Virus record (IMG/VR): IMGVR_UViG_3300017714_000004
Coordinates: 1,893 to 65,892 of that record
Strand: one strand, 5' to 3'
Length of the DNA: 64,000 nucleotides
Origin: a virus
Taxonomy: Duplodnaviria > Caudoviricetes
Shown here: in pieces, positions 10,346 to 19,035 of the stretch
Layout: each line of letters begins with the position of its first letter
Position numbering within the stretch: the stretch's first letter is position 1
Translations under genes and position numbers: made by a program
Notes under the pieces: generated by a model
Seen by the model: only the letters and a program-made list of their open reading frames with translations
Database searches by the model: none
What the model was told of the DNA's origin: nothing

Positions 10346-11224
10346 TTACTGTCTGAACTGTAATAACTGTTGCAATAATTCGGTAACATCTTGTAGATCA
10401 CTGTCTAGAGAATCTAATCTAGAATTCAGTGTATCTATTTCAACTTGAGTAGCAACATTACTGCCGTTCAGTGTATAAGGACCGGAGAGTTGAACTCCAG
10501 ATTGGTCCATAACAAGTATATCATCATTTTGGTGTTGTATTTTAAACTGACTATCATTGAAACCTAAATGTTTAATGATTGTGTCAGTACCATTATGATA
10601 AAAACGAGTTTCTTCGTTGGTGCCCACAATAAAGGCGAAGTGGTCATCTATGATGAGGTCGTTTCCAAAAGAAACGCCAGTGGAGTTGTAGGCTGCTACT
10701 TGAACAACTTGTTCATCGCCTACAGTGTGTGTTAGGGAAATAGTTTCCCCGTCATTCGCAACGTAGTCTATTCCTTGATGGAGCAAGACACCGTTGAGAT
10801 ATACTTGAATTCTTGACGGACTGTTTGGGTCTGGGTCATACTGTAATACGTTTGTAGAGTCGTCTGGACCCGTTATGACATCAAGAGTTCCGTCAGAGGT
10901 GTAGATGTATGCGTTAAATGTAGTTGTCGCAGAGAGACTCTCATCTCCTACAGCGCCAATCTCTACAATTGTTTGAACGCCACCATCATACTCACGTTTG
11001 ATATAAAGTTTACCGTCCTGAGTATTTATACCAATCTCGCCTAGTTTCAGTTCTTCGATACTAGGAATATCACCAAGACCATCAAATGTCTTGATGTTTG
11101 CACCAATGCTCTGTACGACATTGCTAATAGGTCGTCCGACAGTGACACGCTTAACTTGAGTTCCAGAACCGAACCCACTAATAGATGCTACCCCTGATAC
11201 ACCACCGACTCTTCTTATAGGCAT
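10346..11224 (-). CDS. Fibre-associated structural protein (292 aa)
   Basis: PSIEELKLGEIGINTQDGKLYIK motif typical of tail-fibre N-terminal (Mtd-N-like) segments, a QVYLNGVLL..GIDY domain and a C-terminal coiled coil. Confidence 0.6.
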   Translation of the reverse strand: MPIRRVGGVSGVASISGFGSGTQVKRVTVGRPISNVVQSIGANIKTFDGLGDIPSIEELKLGEIGINTQDGKLYIKREYDGGVQTIVEIGAVGDESLSATTTFNAYIYTSDGTLDVITGPDDSTNVLQYDPDPNSPSRIQVYLNGVLLHQGIDYVANDGETISLTHTVGDEQVVQVAAYNSTGVSFGNDLIIDDHFAFIVGTNEETRFYHNGTDTIIKHLGFNDSQFKIQHQNDDILVMDQSGVQLSGPYTLNGSNVATQVEIDTLNSRLDSLDSDLQDVTELLQQLLQFRQ

Positions 11225-11228
11225 ATTA

Positions 11229-11579
11229 TTACCTTGTTACCGAAGGGTTGACTTTTATCTTGCCTTCTAGTATCCTTTCTATGATAGTGGTGCCTTCTTC
11301 GTCATTGAAACTTATTTCGACATCATAGACATATCTACCACGAGTTATCAATTGATCAGTCTGTAGATTGGTTAGGGATAGTGTAACGATTCCCTCTATG
11401 GCGGGAGAGGGTATTACAGCAGTGAAATTAATAGACTCTTCACTTCTATAGGTTTTTTTCATCTTTGCGGATGCTGAGTAACCGTTAAGGTCTTTCTTTG
11501 AACCATCGGGATTAACTAACTCTATTTGAAGAGCTAGGTCTGCACCTTGGTCTATTGTGAAATCTTCGTAAGTTGCCAT
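11229..11579 (-). CDS. Virion structural protein, BppU-like beta-sandwich (116 aa)
   Basis: IDQGAD...DLNGYSASAKMKK...GRYVYDVEI...RILEGKIKVNPSVTR pattern common in T4-like virion proteins. Confidence 0.65.
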   Translation of the reverse strand: MATYEDFTIDQGADLALQIELVNPDGSKKDLNGYSASAKMKKTYRSEESINFTAVIPSPAIEGIVTLSLTNLQTDQLITRGRYVYDVEISFNDEEGTTIIERILEGKIKVNPSVTR

Positions 11580-11580
11580 A

Positions 11581-11647
11581 TTCCTCAGAACCTTAAACTG
11601 TTTATAAAACTTCTAACTCTATTTATAACAGTTTAAGGTTTGAAGAA
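11581..11647 (-). promoter_or_regulatory. Late promoter (11620-11627) inside a long inverted repeat that can occlude the RBS
   Basis: AACCTTAAACTGT (11589-11601) is the reverse complement of ACAGTTTAAGGTT (11628-11640); pairing extends over the GAGGA Shine-Dalgarno at 11582-11586. Confidence 0.7.
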
Positions 11648-11657
11648 AATGTTATTT

Positions 11658-12365
11658 TTAGTCTTCAGATTCAATATCTGCAAGAACCATTGCACGGAAA
11701 CCTTCGGATGCTTCTGAGTGATCAAAAACATATGAAACCGTGACACGCCAATCGTCTGTAGACGCAGCGTGATACATTACTTTATCAGATTCACCATAGT
11801 GACCAAAGTATGCTGCCTTACAAGTCCATTCGCCTGGCTTGTCCTGACAACGAACAACTTTTTTCGTCTCTGGGTGAATGTACTCAAAGTAACCTGAACC
11901 ATCTTCTGAGTAAGAGAAGATTAGATTGAAGCCTGGAGCATTTGCATTATTGTGCCATGAGATAAATCCTTTTGGTGGATATACTGCGGCAAGTGCATTA
12001 TGCTTGACTGACAAAAAGTTCATCATCTTATCGTTTAAGTCACGTAGGTGATGAGTCATGTCACGTTTGAAAAGTGGATCTGCGTCCTTCTCAAACATCA
12101 TGTGTGCTTTATCTGAAAGTTTAAAGTTGTAACCAACAAGTTCGTCTGGGAAACCTTCGTGTCCTTGACCCTGTGCAACGATCTCATCCATATGAACTGG
12201 TCCAACAAAGTATGGACGCTGTCGAATGTGTTGTGCAGAGGATAGGTGACAGTTCTCTTCGAAACCTTTCATGGTATGCAACTTGGCGTATTCGTTTAGA
12301 ATCTCAAGAAGTTCAGGGTTATTAACCTCGATGTGCTTGAGATATTGGTCGTTTACCTGTGTCAT
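11658..12365 (-). CDS. Putative 2OG-Fe(II)/cupin-fold oxygenase (235 aa)
   Basis: YPPKGFISWHNN...YHAAST...RVTVSY fits a double-stranded beta-helix with H-x-N, a distal H and a conserved R. Confidence 0.55.
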   Translation of the reverse strand: MTQVNDQYLKHIEVNNPELLEILNEYAKLHTMKGFEENCHLSSAQHIRQRPYFVGPVHMDEIVAQGQGHEGFPDELVGYNFKLSDKAHMMFEKDADPLFKRDMTHHLRDLNDKMMNFLSVKHNALAAVYPPKGFISWHNNANAPGFNLIFSYSEDGSGYFEYIHPETKKVVRCQDKPGEWTCKAAYFGHYGESDKVMYHAASTDDWRVTVSYVFDHSEASEGFRAMVLADIESED

Positions 12366-13099
12366 ACGATTGGAGTATCCTTATTTAAACCTGCCGAGAA
12401 GTGACGTAGTATCACTGGTCCCGTTTCAGGTTTTGTTATCGCCCAATTAAGAGCGTTGTAATAATTCCACCTCAAGTCGTCATCAAAGATACCAACCTTG
12501 AGGTCCTTATATTTTTCTTCTTTCTCGACTAACCACCAAAGAGAAAATTGGTCCCAAGACTTGAGACTGTCAATATACCCTTCTGGCCACCAAGTATCGT
12601 TCATTTGCCTGAACGTCAAATCCCACCAGTCATTCATGAATTCACGAACAATTGGTTTGGTCATATCATATAAACATACACCACCGCATAATGTAAACTT
12701 CGCACTACCTTCTGGAGTATCAAAGTCTCTTTCTGCGTAAATATAGTCACGATCATCTGTCAATGCAGAGAAGACCACATCATGGTCTTTCATTTCATCC
12801 CAAACCTTGATAATGTCTTCATGCTCACATTCCATGTCGGCATCAATATACATTGTCAAGTCATACGGAGATTTTGCCATCCCCCATAGTTTAGCGCGGT
12901 AGTGGTCATCACAGAATATAATATCATCTGCTACTTCTCTACCACGGTCATCAATAAATCGTTCTTCTGTAACAATACAGATCTTACATTCTTCTTCAGG
13001 TTCATAATAGTCCCTGAGAGACTCTGCAAGATTTAATCCGTACAAATAAAAGTTTCGTTTCTTGGACGAAACAATTATAAATCCTTTAGTCTTTTCCAT
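12362..13099 (-). CDS. GT-A fold glycosyltransferase (245 aa)
   Basis: AKSPYDLTMYIDADM (DxD), GGVCLY, WDQFSLW and ILRHFS motifs typical of nucleotide-diphospho-sugar (GT8-like) transferases. Confidence 0.8.
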   Translation of the reverse strand: MEKTKGFIIVSSKKRNFYLYGLNLAESLRDYYEPEEECKICIVTEERFIDDRGREVADDIIFCDDHYRAKLWGMAKSPYDLTMYIDADMECEHEDIIKVWDEMKDHDVVFSALTDDRDYIYAERDFDTPEGSAKFTLCGGVCLYDMTKPIVREFMNDWWDLTFRQMNDTWWPEGYIDSLKSWDQFSLWWLVEKEEKYKDLKVGIFDDDLRWNYYNALNWAITKPETGPVILRHFSAGLNKDTPIV

Positions 13100-13547
13100 T
13101 AGTCTCGGCCTCTAGTTGGTCTTGTAGAATCATGATTGAGTACATGTCGACTTCAATCTTAGATTTTGCACGACGCAATTTTGCCTTCAACTTGCGGTTT
13201 TTGGAACTTTTAATATCATCTACTTCAAAAGCTTCCATTTTATAATTGAAGAGTTTTTCAAGTTTGCGTGCTTTGTCATGTTCCTCATCACGCATCTTCT
13301 CTTCTTCTGCCTGTGCCTTCTTGCGAATAACGCGATCGGTTGTTTCCTTATCAATCGCATCAGCACCTAAGGCCTCGACTACTTCATTAAACAGTTCGTT
13401 TTCAACACCGTTCTTATCATGCCGATGTAAAAACATTTGTTGGGCGGTTACTCTACCCACATCATCTTCAAGTTCTAAAATACAGTTTAGTTCTTTCTTT
13501 TCGTCTGTTTCCCAGAACGCATTATTCATCCATTGCTTACGACTCAT
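13086..13547 (-). CDS. Hypothetical protein (153 aa)
   Basis: Clean ORF with a GGAG RBS, overlapping the start of the glycosyltransferase; charged helical C-terminus. Confidence 0.75.
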   Translation of the reverse strand: MSRKQWMNNAFWETDEKKELNCILELEDDVGRVTAQQMFLHRHDKNGVENELFNEVVEALGADAIDKETTDRVIRKKAQAEEEKMRDEEHDKARKLEKLFNYKMEAFEVDDIKSSKNRKLKAKLRRAKSKIEVDMYSIMILQDQLEAETNGKD

Positions 13548-13602
13548 TAAATATCTCCAGAGATTTCAATTCAAATTATAATGTATATAGTGTTGAGATA
13601 AA

Positions 13603-13624
13603 GCGGGTCAAATGAATGACCCGC
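13603..13624 (-). terminator. Terminator-like hairpin after the 1585-aa gene
   Basis: Minus strand reads GCGGGTCA-TTCATT-TGACCCGC followed by TTTAT. Confidence 0.6.
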
Positions 13625-13656
13625 CTTGTTCTCATATTATACCATACTTAGAGCGA

Positions 13657-16600
13657 TTATGCAACCCTACAGTATAGTGTGTAGACTTCTGGAGTATGTA
13701 CTAGAGTGTCACTAATCGTTGCACCAACATAGTTACCTAGGAAGGAGCGTGAGTAGTTGCCACCGAAGTTGCGTGAGTAGTTACCAGTAAATCCGCGTGA
13801 GTAGTTACCAGTGAAGTCACCTACGTATGTAGATACACGATCACGTGAGTAAGTACCGGAGTATGCAGAACTACGGATTCTTGAGTAAGCAGATACACGG
13901 ACACGTGAGTAGTTACCTACGAAATCACGTGAGTAGTTGCCTACAAAGTCACCGACGAAGTCACGAGCATATGCTCCTGTGTACTCACCAGCAAACGTTC
14001 TTGCATAGTTTCCAGTAAAGTCACCAGCAAAGTCACGAGTATATTGACCAGAGAACCCACGAGAGTAGTTACCAGTAAACGTTCTTGCATAGGTTCCTGT
14101 GTATTCACCAACATAGTTTCTTGCGTAGTTACCTACGTAGTTTCCACCAAATTGTCGTGAGTAAGTTCCAGAGTAAGCACCAGTGTATTCACCAACAAAG
14201 GTTCTTGCATAGTTACCTACGTAATCACCAGCGAAGCCACGTGCGTAGTTTCCTACGTAGTTTCCACCGAAGTCGCGAGTATAATTACCAACATAGTTTC
14301 CACCGAAGTCACCAACATAATCACCGATGAAGTTACCAGCGTAGTTACGTGAGTATTGACCAGAGAACGTTCTTGTGTAGTTACCAGTGAAGTCACCAGC
14401 AAAGTTGGTTACACGATCACGAGCATATGCTGAACTACGGTTACGAGTGTATACCGAAATTCGGTTACGTACGTATGCAGAGTAACGAGTACGTGTAGAT
14501 GTACGAGTATACTCACCAGTGTAGTTACCAGCGAAATCGCCTGCGTATCCACGAGCATAGTTACCTACGTAATCACCAGCGTATCCACGAGCATAGTTTC
14601 CTACGAAGTTGCCAGCAAAGTTAGTTACGCGATCTCTTGTGAAATCTCCAACGTAGTTAGTGATACGAGTTCTTGCATAAGCAGAACCACGGTTACGAGT
14701 CGAGGTACGAGTCGAGGTACGTGTGAAGTCACCAATGTAGTTAGTGATACGAGTACGTGCATAAGCAGAGTAACGAGTACGTGTAGAAGTTCGAGTAGAA
14801 GTTCTTGCGTAGTTTCCTACGAAGTTACCAGCAAAGTTAGTTACACGGTTACGAGTAAAGTCACCAACATAGTTAGTTACACGAGTTCTTGCGTATGCAG
14901 AGTAACGAGTACGTGTAGAAGTTCGAGTACTTGTACGAGCATAGTTACCGACATAGTCGCCAGCGTATCCTAGAGTACGAGTATAGTTACCAGTGTAGTC
15001 ACCAGCATAGTATCCAGTACGTGTGTAGTTACCAGTTGCAGTTCTTGTTCGTGTTGATGTACGAGCATAGTTACCAGTATAGTTACCAGTGCGTGTGCGA
15101 GAGTAATCACCGGCATAGTACAATGTTGCGGCCCGATTACGTGAGTAATCTCCAGCGTATGAGAACGCACGGTTACGAGCGTAATCTCCAGCAAAGTTGC
15201 CTGTGAAGTTAGTTACACGGTCACGAGCGTAATCTCCAGCATATGATGCTGCACGTGTGCGAGAGTAATCACCGGCATAGTTACCAGCATATGATGCTGC
15301 ACGGTTACGAGCGTAATCTCCAGCATATGATGCTGCACGTGTGCGACCATAGTTACCAACAAAGTCTCCGGTATAGTTAGTAGCACGAGTACGACCATAG
15401 TTACCAGTATATGTTACGCCACGAGTGTAGTTACCAGTATAATAAGAAGATACGGAACGATTACGTGTGTAAGTTGCTGATCCGGTACTGGTTCGTGTGT
15501 AAGTTGTTGTTGTGGTGAAGTTTCCGGCATAACTAGTTGTGCCTGGGTCCCAAGAAACACCCCATCGCTGGTAACTAGATCCGCTTCGGAGAGTACCACG
15601 GGTATACGTCTTACCATTATATAAAATAACAGTTGTACTAGAAGAAACCGTACCACCCAATCCGTCAGAAGAGCCGTAGCTTATATTGTAATCGCCCTCC
15701 AACCTAATTTTAAGTTCAATTCGGTTACTATATGAGTTAACACCCCAGTAAGTTGAGCCACCTTTACCATCTAAATAAACATCATTTCTATAGGTGCCGC
15801 CACCAATTGAACTACGTGTTGAATATGCGGTACGAGTAAAGTTACCAGCGTAATATAAGTTACGACTATAGTTACCAGTATATGATGTTCCGTTAGAAGA
15901 AGTTCTAGTGTAGTCAAGCGTTGCAGCACGTCCTCTAGAGTAATCTCCAGCAAAGTTACCAGTAAAGTTGGTTGCGCGGTTACGCGAGTAGTTACCAACA
16001 TAAGATGCGGCACGAGTACGACCATAGTTACCAGTATATGTCGCATTACGTGTACGAGTAGATGTACGTCCGTAGTTACCAACATAAGATGCGGCACGAG
16101 TACGACCGTAGTTTCCTACGAAGTTACCTGCGTAGTTAGTAGCACGAGTACGGCCATAGTTACCAGTATAGTTACCAGTACGTGTACGTCCGTAGTTACC
16201 AGTGTATGTTACACCTTCAGCACGAGTACGTCCGTAGTTTCCTACGTATGAGAATGCACGGTTACGAGCATAATCACCAACATAGTTACCCGCATAATAC
16301 AATGTACGTGTATAGTTTAGTGTACGCGTTGATGTACGTGTTGAGTTACGTGTGTAGTCGTATGTTTGATAGCGAGTACGTGTTGAAGTTCTTGCGTAAT
16401 TTCCCACATAATCGCCAGCATAGTTACCAGCATATCCACGAGCATAGTTACCAACAAAATCACCTGTGAACGTTGTTGCATAGTTACCAACAAAATCACC
16501 AGCAAAGTTAGTTACACGGTCACGTGAATAGTTACCTACGTAATCACCAGCATAGTTACCAGCGTATCCACGTGCGTAGTTACCAACAAAGTCGCCAGTA

Positions 16601-18414
16601 AATGTGGTTGCATAGTTACCTACGAAGTTACCACCATAGTTTCCTACGAATGTTCTTGCATAGTTACCTACGAAATCACCAGTAAAGGTAGTTGCGTAGT
16701 TGCCTACGAAGTTTCCGGCAAAGTTAGTGACGCGATCACGAGTATATGCAGAATAGCGAGTACGAGTTGACGTACGGGCATATGCTGAATAACGTGTACG
16801 AGTAGATGTACGAGTAGAAACACGAGCGTAGTTACCAACATAATCACCAGCATAACCACGAGAGTAGTTGCCTGCGAAGCCACGTGAGTAGTTACCCACG
16901 AATCCACGAGCGTAGTTACCTACGAAGTTACCAGCGAAGTTAGTAACTCGATTGCGTGTGTATGATGAAACACGTGCACGAGAGAAAACGCCTGCGAAGT
17001 TTGTTACACGGTCACGTGTGTAATTAGTTATACGAGTACGGGTGTAGTCTGCTGAGTAAGCAGATGTACGAGTTCGAGTACTAGTACGTGCATAAGTTGA
17101 TACACGGTTGCGTGTGTAGGTACCGGCATATGCAGATACACGGTTACGGGAATAAGTTCCTGAGTAAGTTCCGGTGTATGCTGACACACGAGTACGAGTG
17201 TAGTCTGCTGTGTAAGCAGAACTGCGTGTACGTGAGTAAGTACCTGTGTAAGTTGATACACGACCACGAGTATAAGAAGAAACTCTATTGCGTGAGAATG
17301 TACCAGTAAATGGTGTGATTCGGTTTCGGACATATGTAGAAACACGTGAACGGTTGTAAGTACCGGCAAAATAACCAGTAAATGCAGTTAGTCTGTTACG
17401 TGTATATGATGAAACGCGAGTTCTTGCGTAGTTGCCTACATAGTCACGAGCATAGTTTCCTACGAAGTCACGTGAATACGCTCCCGTATATTCTCCAACA
17501 AACGTACGTGAGAAAGTATCTACACTATTACGAGTATATGTTGAAATACGGTTACGAGTATATGCAGAGATTCTTGTACGTGTGTAAGCTGAGTTACGTG
17601 TACGAGAGTATGCAACGTCGACAATAGTACGACGGGTGTTAGAGGCAGAACCTCGTGGTACCCATGTACCTGCTAGAGTTGGAGCACCTTGTGCAGATGA
17701 ACGCAACTGGTATGAACCAATCGCACCTGCTGTTGCTCGGAGTGACTTAGCGCGTTGACCAAGTGTATACTTGATTTCCGCGTCTGACATTTCTTTAAAA
17801 CCGCTGAATGATGAAGTACCATCATAGTCGGTTGCAACTGGACGTGTAGTGGTAACACCGGCTGGTGGTGTTGCCAAAGTAACTTTCTTCCAGATGTGGT
17901 ATTGAGTTGTTGTACCGTCACCATGAGTATCGGAGAACACACCATCGATGTGTTTGGTCCAATCACTGCCTGGCGAGGACGTTGAAAGTTCATATGCACC
18001 CTGAAGACCTAGGGTCTCCACATTCTTTAGTGCACGATTTGTGAGATTATCTAAATCCGAGTCTACCATTTCGTAGAAGCCAGGATTAGAATTATCTGCA
18101 TAATAACCGACAGGACGGGCAAAATCAGAACCAGTCTCACTTGCAGAACCGCCAACCTGTTTCAAGGTTGTGGTTACACTCGTACCAGTGATAGCAGACA
18201 TCGGGTGTGTTCCCGCTGGTTCGTTGTAGAAAGTATCTACAAATGAACCGATGTTTGTACCATTGGTTAGACTGATGTCACCGACATCACCAGCAGAGGC
18301 CTCTGCAAGTGCTTCACCCACTTTTACCGCAAGATACATTTCTTGCGCTGGAGTGAATTCCTGTAGGTCACCATCGGTATTCTTAATTTTTAGTGGTATA
18401 CTAGATGCTGACAC
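13657..18414 (-). CDS. Mirror-repeat fibre protein (1585 aa), predicted giant antiparallel beta-hairpin
   Basis: About 268-aa N-terminal domain, two ~600-aa arms of tetrapeptides ([YF]xG[ND], YxRx, Rx[ST]x, STRT) and a ~90-aa non-repetitive centre; late promoter upstream. Confidence 0.8.
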   Translation of the reverse strand: MSASSIPLKIKNTDGDLQEFTPAQEMYLAVKVGEALAEASAGDVGDISLTNGTNIGSFVDTFYNEPAGTHPMSAITGTSVTTTLKQVGGSASETGSDFARPVGYYADNSNPGFYEMVDSDLDNLTNRALKNVETLGLQGAYELSTSSPGSDWTKHIDGVFSDTHGDGTTTQYHIWKKVTLATPPAGVTTTRPVATDYDGTSSFSGFKEMSDAEIKYTLGQRAKSLRATAGAIGSYQLRSSAQGAPTLAGTWVPRGSASNTRRTIVDVAYSRTRNSAYTRTRISAYTRNRISTYTRNSVDTFSRTFVGEYTGAYSRDFVGNYARDYVGNYARTRVSSYTRNRLTAFTGYFAGTYNRSRVSTYVRNRITPFTGTFSRNRVSSYTRGRVSTYTGTYSRTRSSAYTADYTRTRVSAYTGTYSGTYSRNRVSAYAGTYTRNRVSTYARTSTRTRTSAYSADYTRTRITNYTRDRVTNFAGVFSRARVSSYTRNRVTNFAGNFVGNYARGFVGNYSRGFAGNYSRGYAGDYVGNYARVSTRTSTRTRYSAYARTSTRTRYSAYTRDRVTNFAGNFVGNYATTFTGDFVGNYARTFVGNYGGNFVGNYATTFTGDFVGNYARGYAGNYAGDYVGNYSRDRVTNFAGDFVGNYATTFTGDFVGNYARGYAGNYAGDYVGNYARTSTRTRYQTYDYTRNSTRTSTRTLNYTRTLYYAGNYVGDYARNRAFSYVGNYGRTRAEGVTYTGNYGRTRTGNYTGNYGRTRATNYAGNFVGNYGRTRAASYVGNYGRTSTRTRNATYTGNYGRTRAASYVGNYSRNRATNFTGNFAGDYSRGRAATLDYTRTSSNGTSYTGNYSRNLYYAGNFTRTAYSTRSSIGGGTYRNDVYLDGKGGSTYWGVNSYSNRIELKIRLEGDYNISYGSSDGLGGTVSSSTTVILYNGKTYTRGTLRSGSSYQRWGVSWDPGTTSYAGNFTTTTTYTRTSTGSATYTRNRSVSSYYTGNYTRGVTYTGNYGRTRATNYTGDFVGNYGRTRAASYAGDYARNRAASYAGNYAGDYSRTRAASYAGDYARDRVTNFTGNFAGDYARNRAFSYAGDYSRNRAATLYYAGDYSRTRTGNYTGNYARTSTRTRTATGNYTRTGYYAGDYTGNYTRTLGYAGDYVGNYARTSTRTSTRTRYSAYARTRVTNYVGDFTRNRVTNFAGNFVGNYARTSTRTSTRTRYSAYARTRITNYIGDFTRTSTRTSTRNRGSAYARTRITNYVGDFTRDRVTNFAGNFVGNYARGYAGDYVGNYARGYAGDFAGNYTGEYTRTSTRTRYSAYVRNRISVYTRNRSSAYARDRVTNFAGDFTGNYTRTFSGQYSRNYAGNFIGDYVGDFGGNYVGNYTRDFGGNYVGNYARGFAGDYVGNYARTFVGEYTGAYSGTYSRQFGGNYVGNYARNYVGEYTGTYARTFTGNYSRGFSGQYTRDFAGDFTGNYARTFAGEYTGAYARDFVGDFVGNYSRDFVGNYSRVRVSAYSRIRSSAYSGTYSRDRVSTYVGDFTGNYSRGFTGNYSRNFGGNYSRSFLGNYVGATISDTLVHTPEVYTLYCRVA
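13720..17610 (-). repeat. Coding 12-nt-period tetrapeptide repeat region (two arms: ~15810-17610 and 13720-15531)
   Basis: Recurrent gtagttacc / acgagt motifs on +, encoding GNY / TR units. Confidence 0.9.
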
Positions 18415-18465
18415 GATATCGTCTCTCTTTAGCTAAAGTTAAAGTTTATTGGTTAATGACCCCTT

Positions 18466-18473
18466 TATTTATA
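18466..18473 (-). promoter_or_regulatory. T4-type late promoter
   Basis: TATTTATA on +, about 52 nt upstream of the 1585-aa gene start. Confidence 0.8.
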
Positions 18474-18475
18474 AC

Positions 18476-18514
18476 AAAAAAAATGTGCATAAACGGGGTC
18501 TACGCACATTTTTT
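18476..18514. terminator. Terminator-like hairpin
   Basis: AAAAAAATGTGC...GCACATTTTTT inverted repeat flanked by A/T tracts, downstream of the chaperone gene. Confidence 0.55.
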
Positions 18515-18567
18515 AAAAAATATTTACTTTACTTATAATATTCTAATTTCAGAGATTAATTAAATAA

Positions 18568-19020
18568 TTATTGTGGGGGTTCTGGCCAGTTAACATCTTC
18601 CATAGATTCGATACCAGATAGATTTCCCATGATATCGCGCAACTCTTGACGATATCCCCTCCATGCATTTAGCATATCATCTGACAGCCCCGCATCTGGA
18701 AGTTGAGTCCAGTCGGTACGAGATATTGCTTGATCTCTTTGAGATCGAACTGCTCCCTCGAATGAGTTGCTATCAAAAGACCATTGACTTTTATCCCATC
18801 GATAAAAGGGTGATGGTTTAATTGGTCTTTTAGACCATCCATTATCCCAGTAATTATTTTTACCAAAATTGACCCAGTCTTCACCCTCGTTGGTTATATC
18901 TCTAACGACCATATCGTCAATGACATCTCCATCACTTGGTCCGTCTACAGCTATAGACATAACTGAAGTTGACCTAACCTCACCAGTTTCTCTATCTACG
19001 TATGCTAAAATTTTACTCAT
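18568..19020 (-). CDS. Tail fibre assembly chaperone (150 aa)
   Basis: C-terminal RSQRDQAISRTDWTQLPDA...WRGYRQELRDI...WPEPP, the hallmark of phage tail assembly chaperones. Confidence 0.85.
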   Translation of the reverse strand: MSKILAYVDRETGEVRSTSVMSIAVDGPSDGDVIDDMVVRDITNEGEDWVNFGKNNYWDNGWSKRPIKPSPFYRWDKSQWSFDSNSFEGAVRSQRDQAISRTDWTQLPDAGLSDDMLNAWRGYRQELRDIMGNLSGIESMEDVNWPEPPQ

Positions 19021-19035
19021 TTCTATTTCCTATAA

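Noticed and set aside
10346-11224. Diversity-generating retroelement target (Mtd-like motif)
   Set aside because: Only the generic N-terminal fibre motif is present; I saw no reverse transcriptase or template/variable repeat pair in the window.
13720-17610. CRISPR array or DNA inverted repeat explaining the repeats and mirror symmetry
   Set aside because: The repeats have codon periodicity with wobble variation inside one open ORF and no spacers. The reverse complement of the N-arm start does not match the C-arm end in the part I compared, so the symmetry is at protein level.
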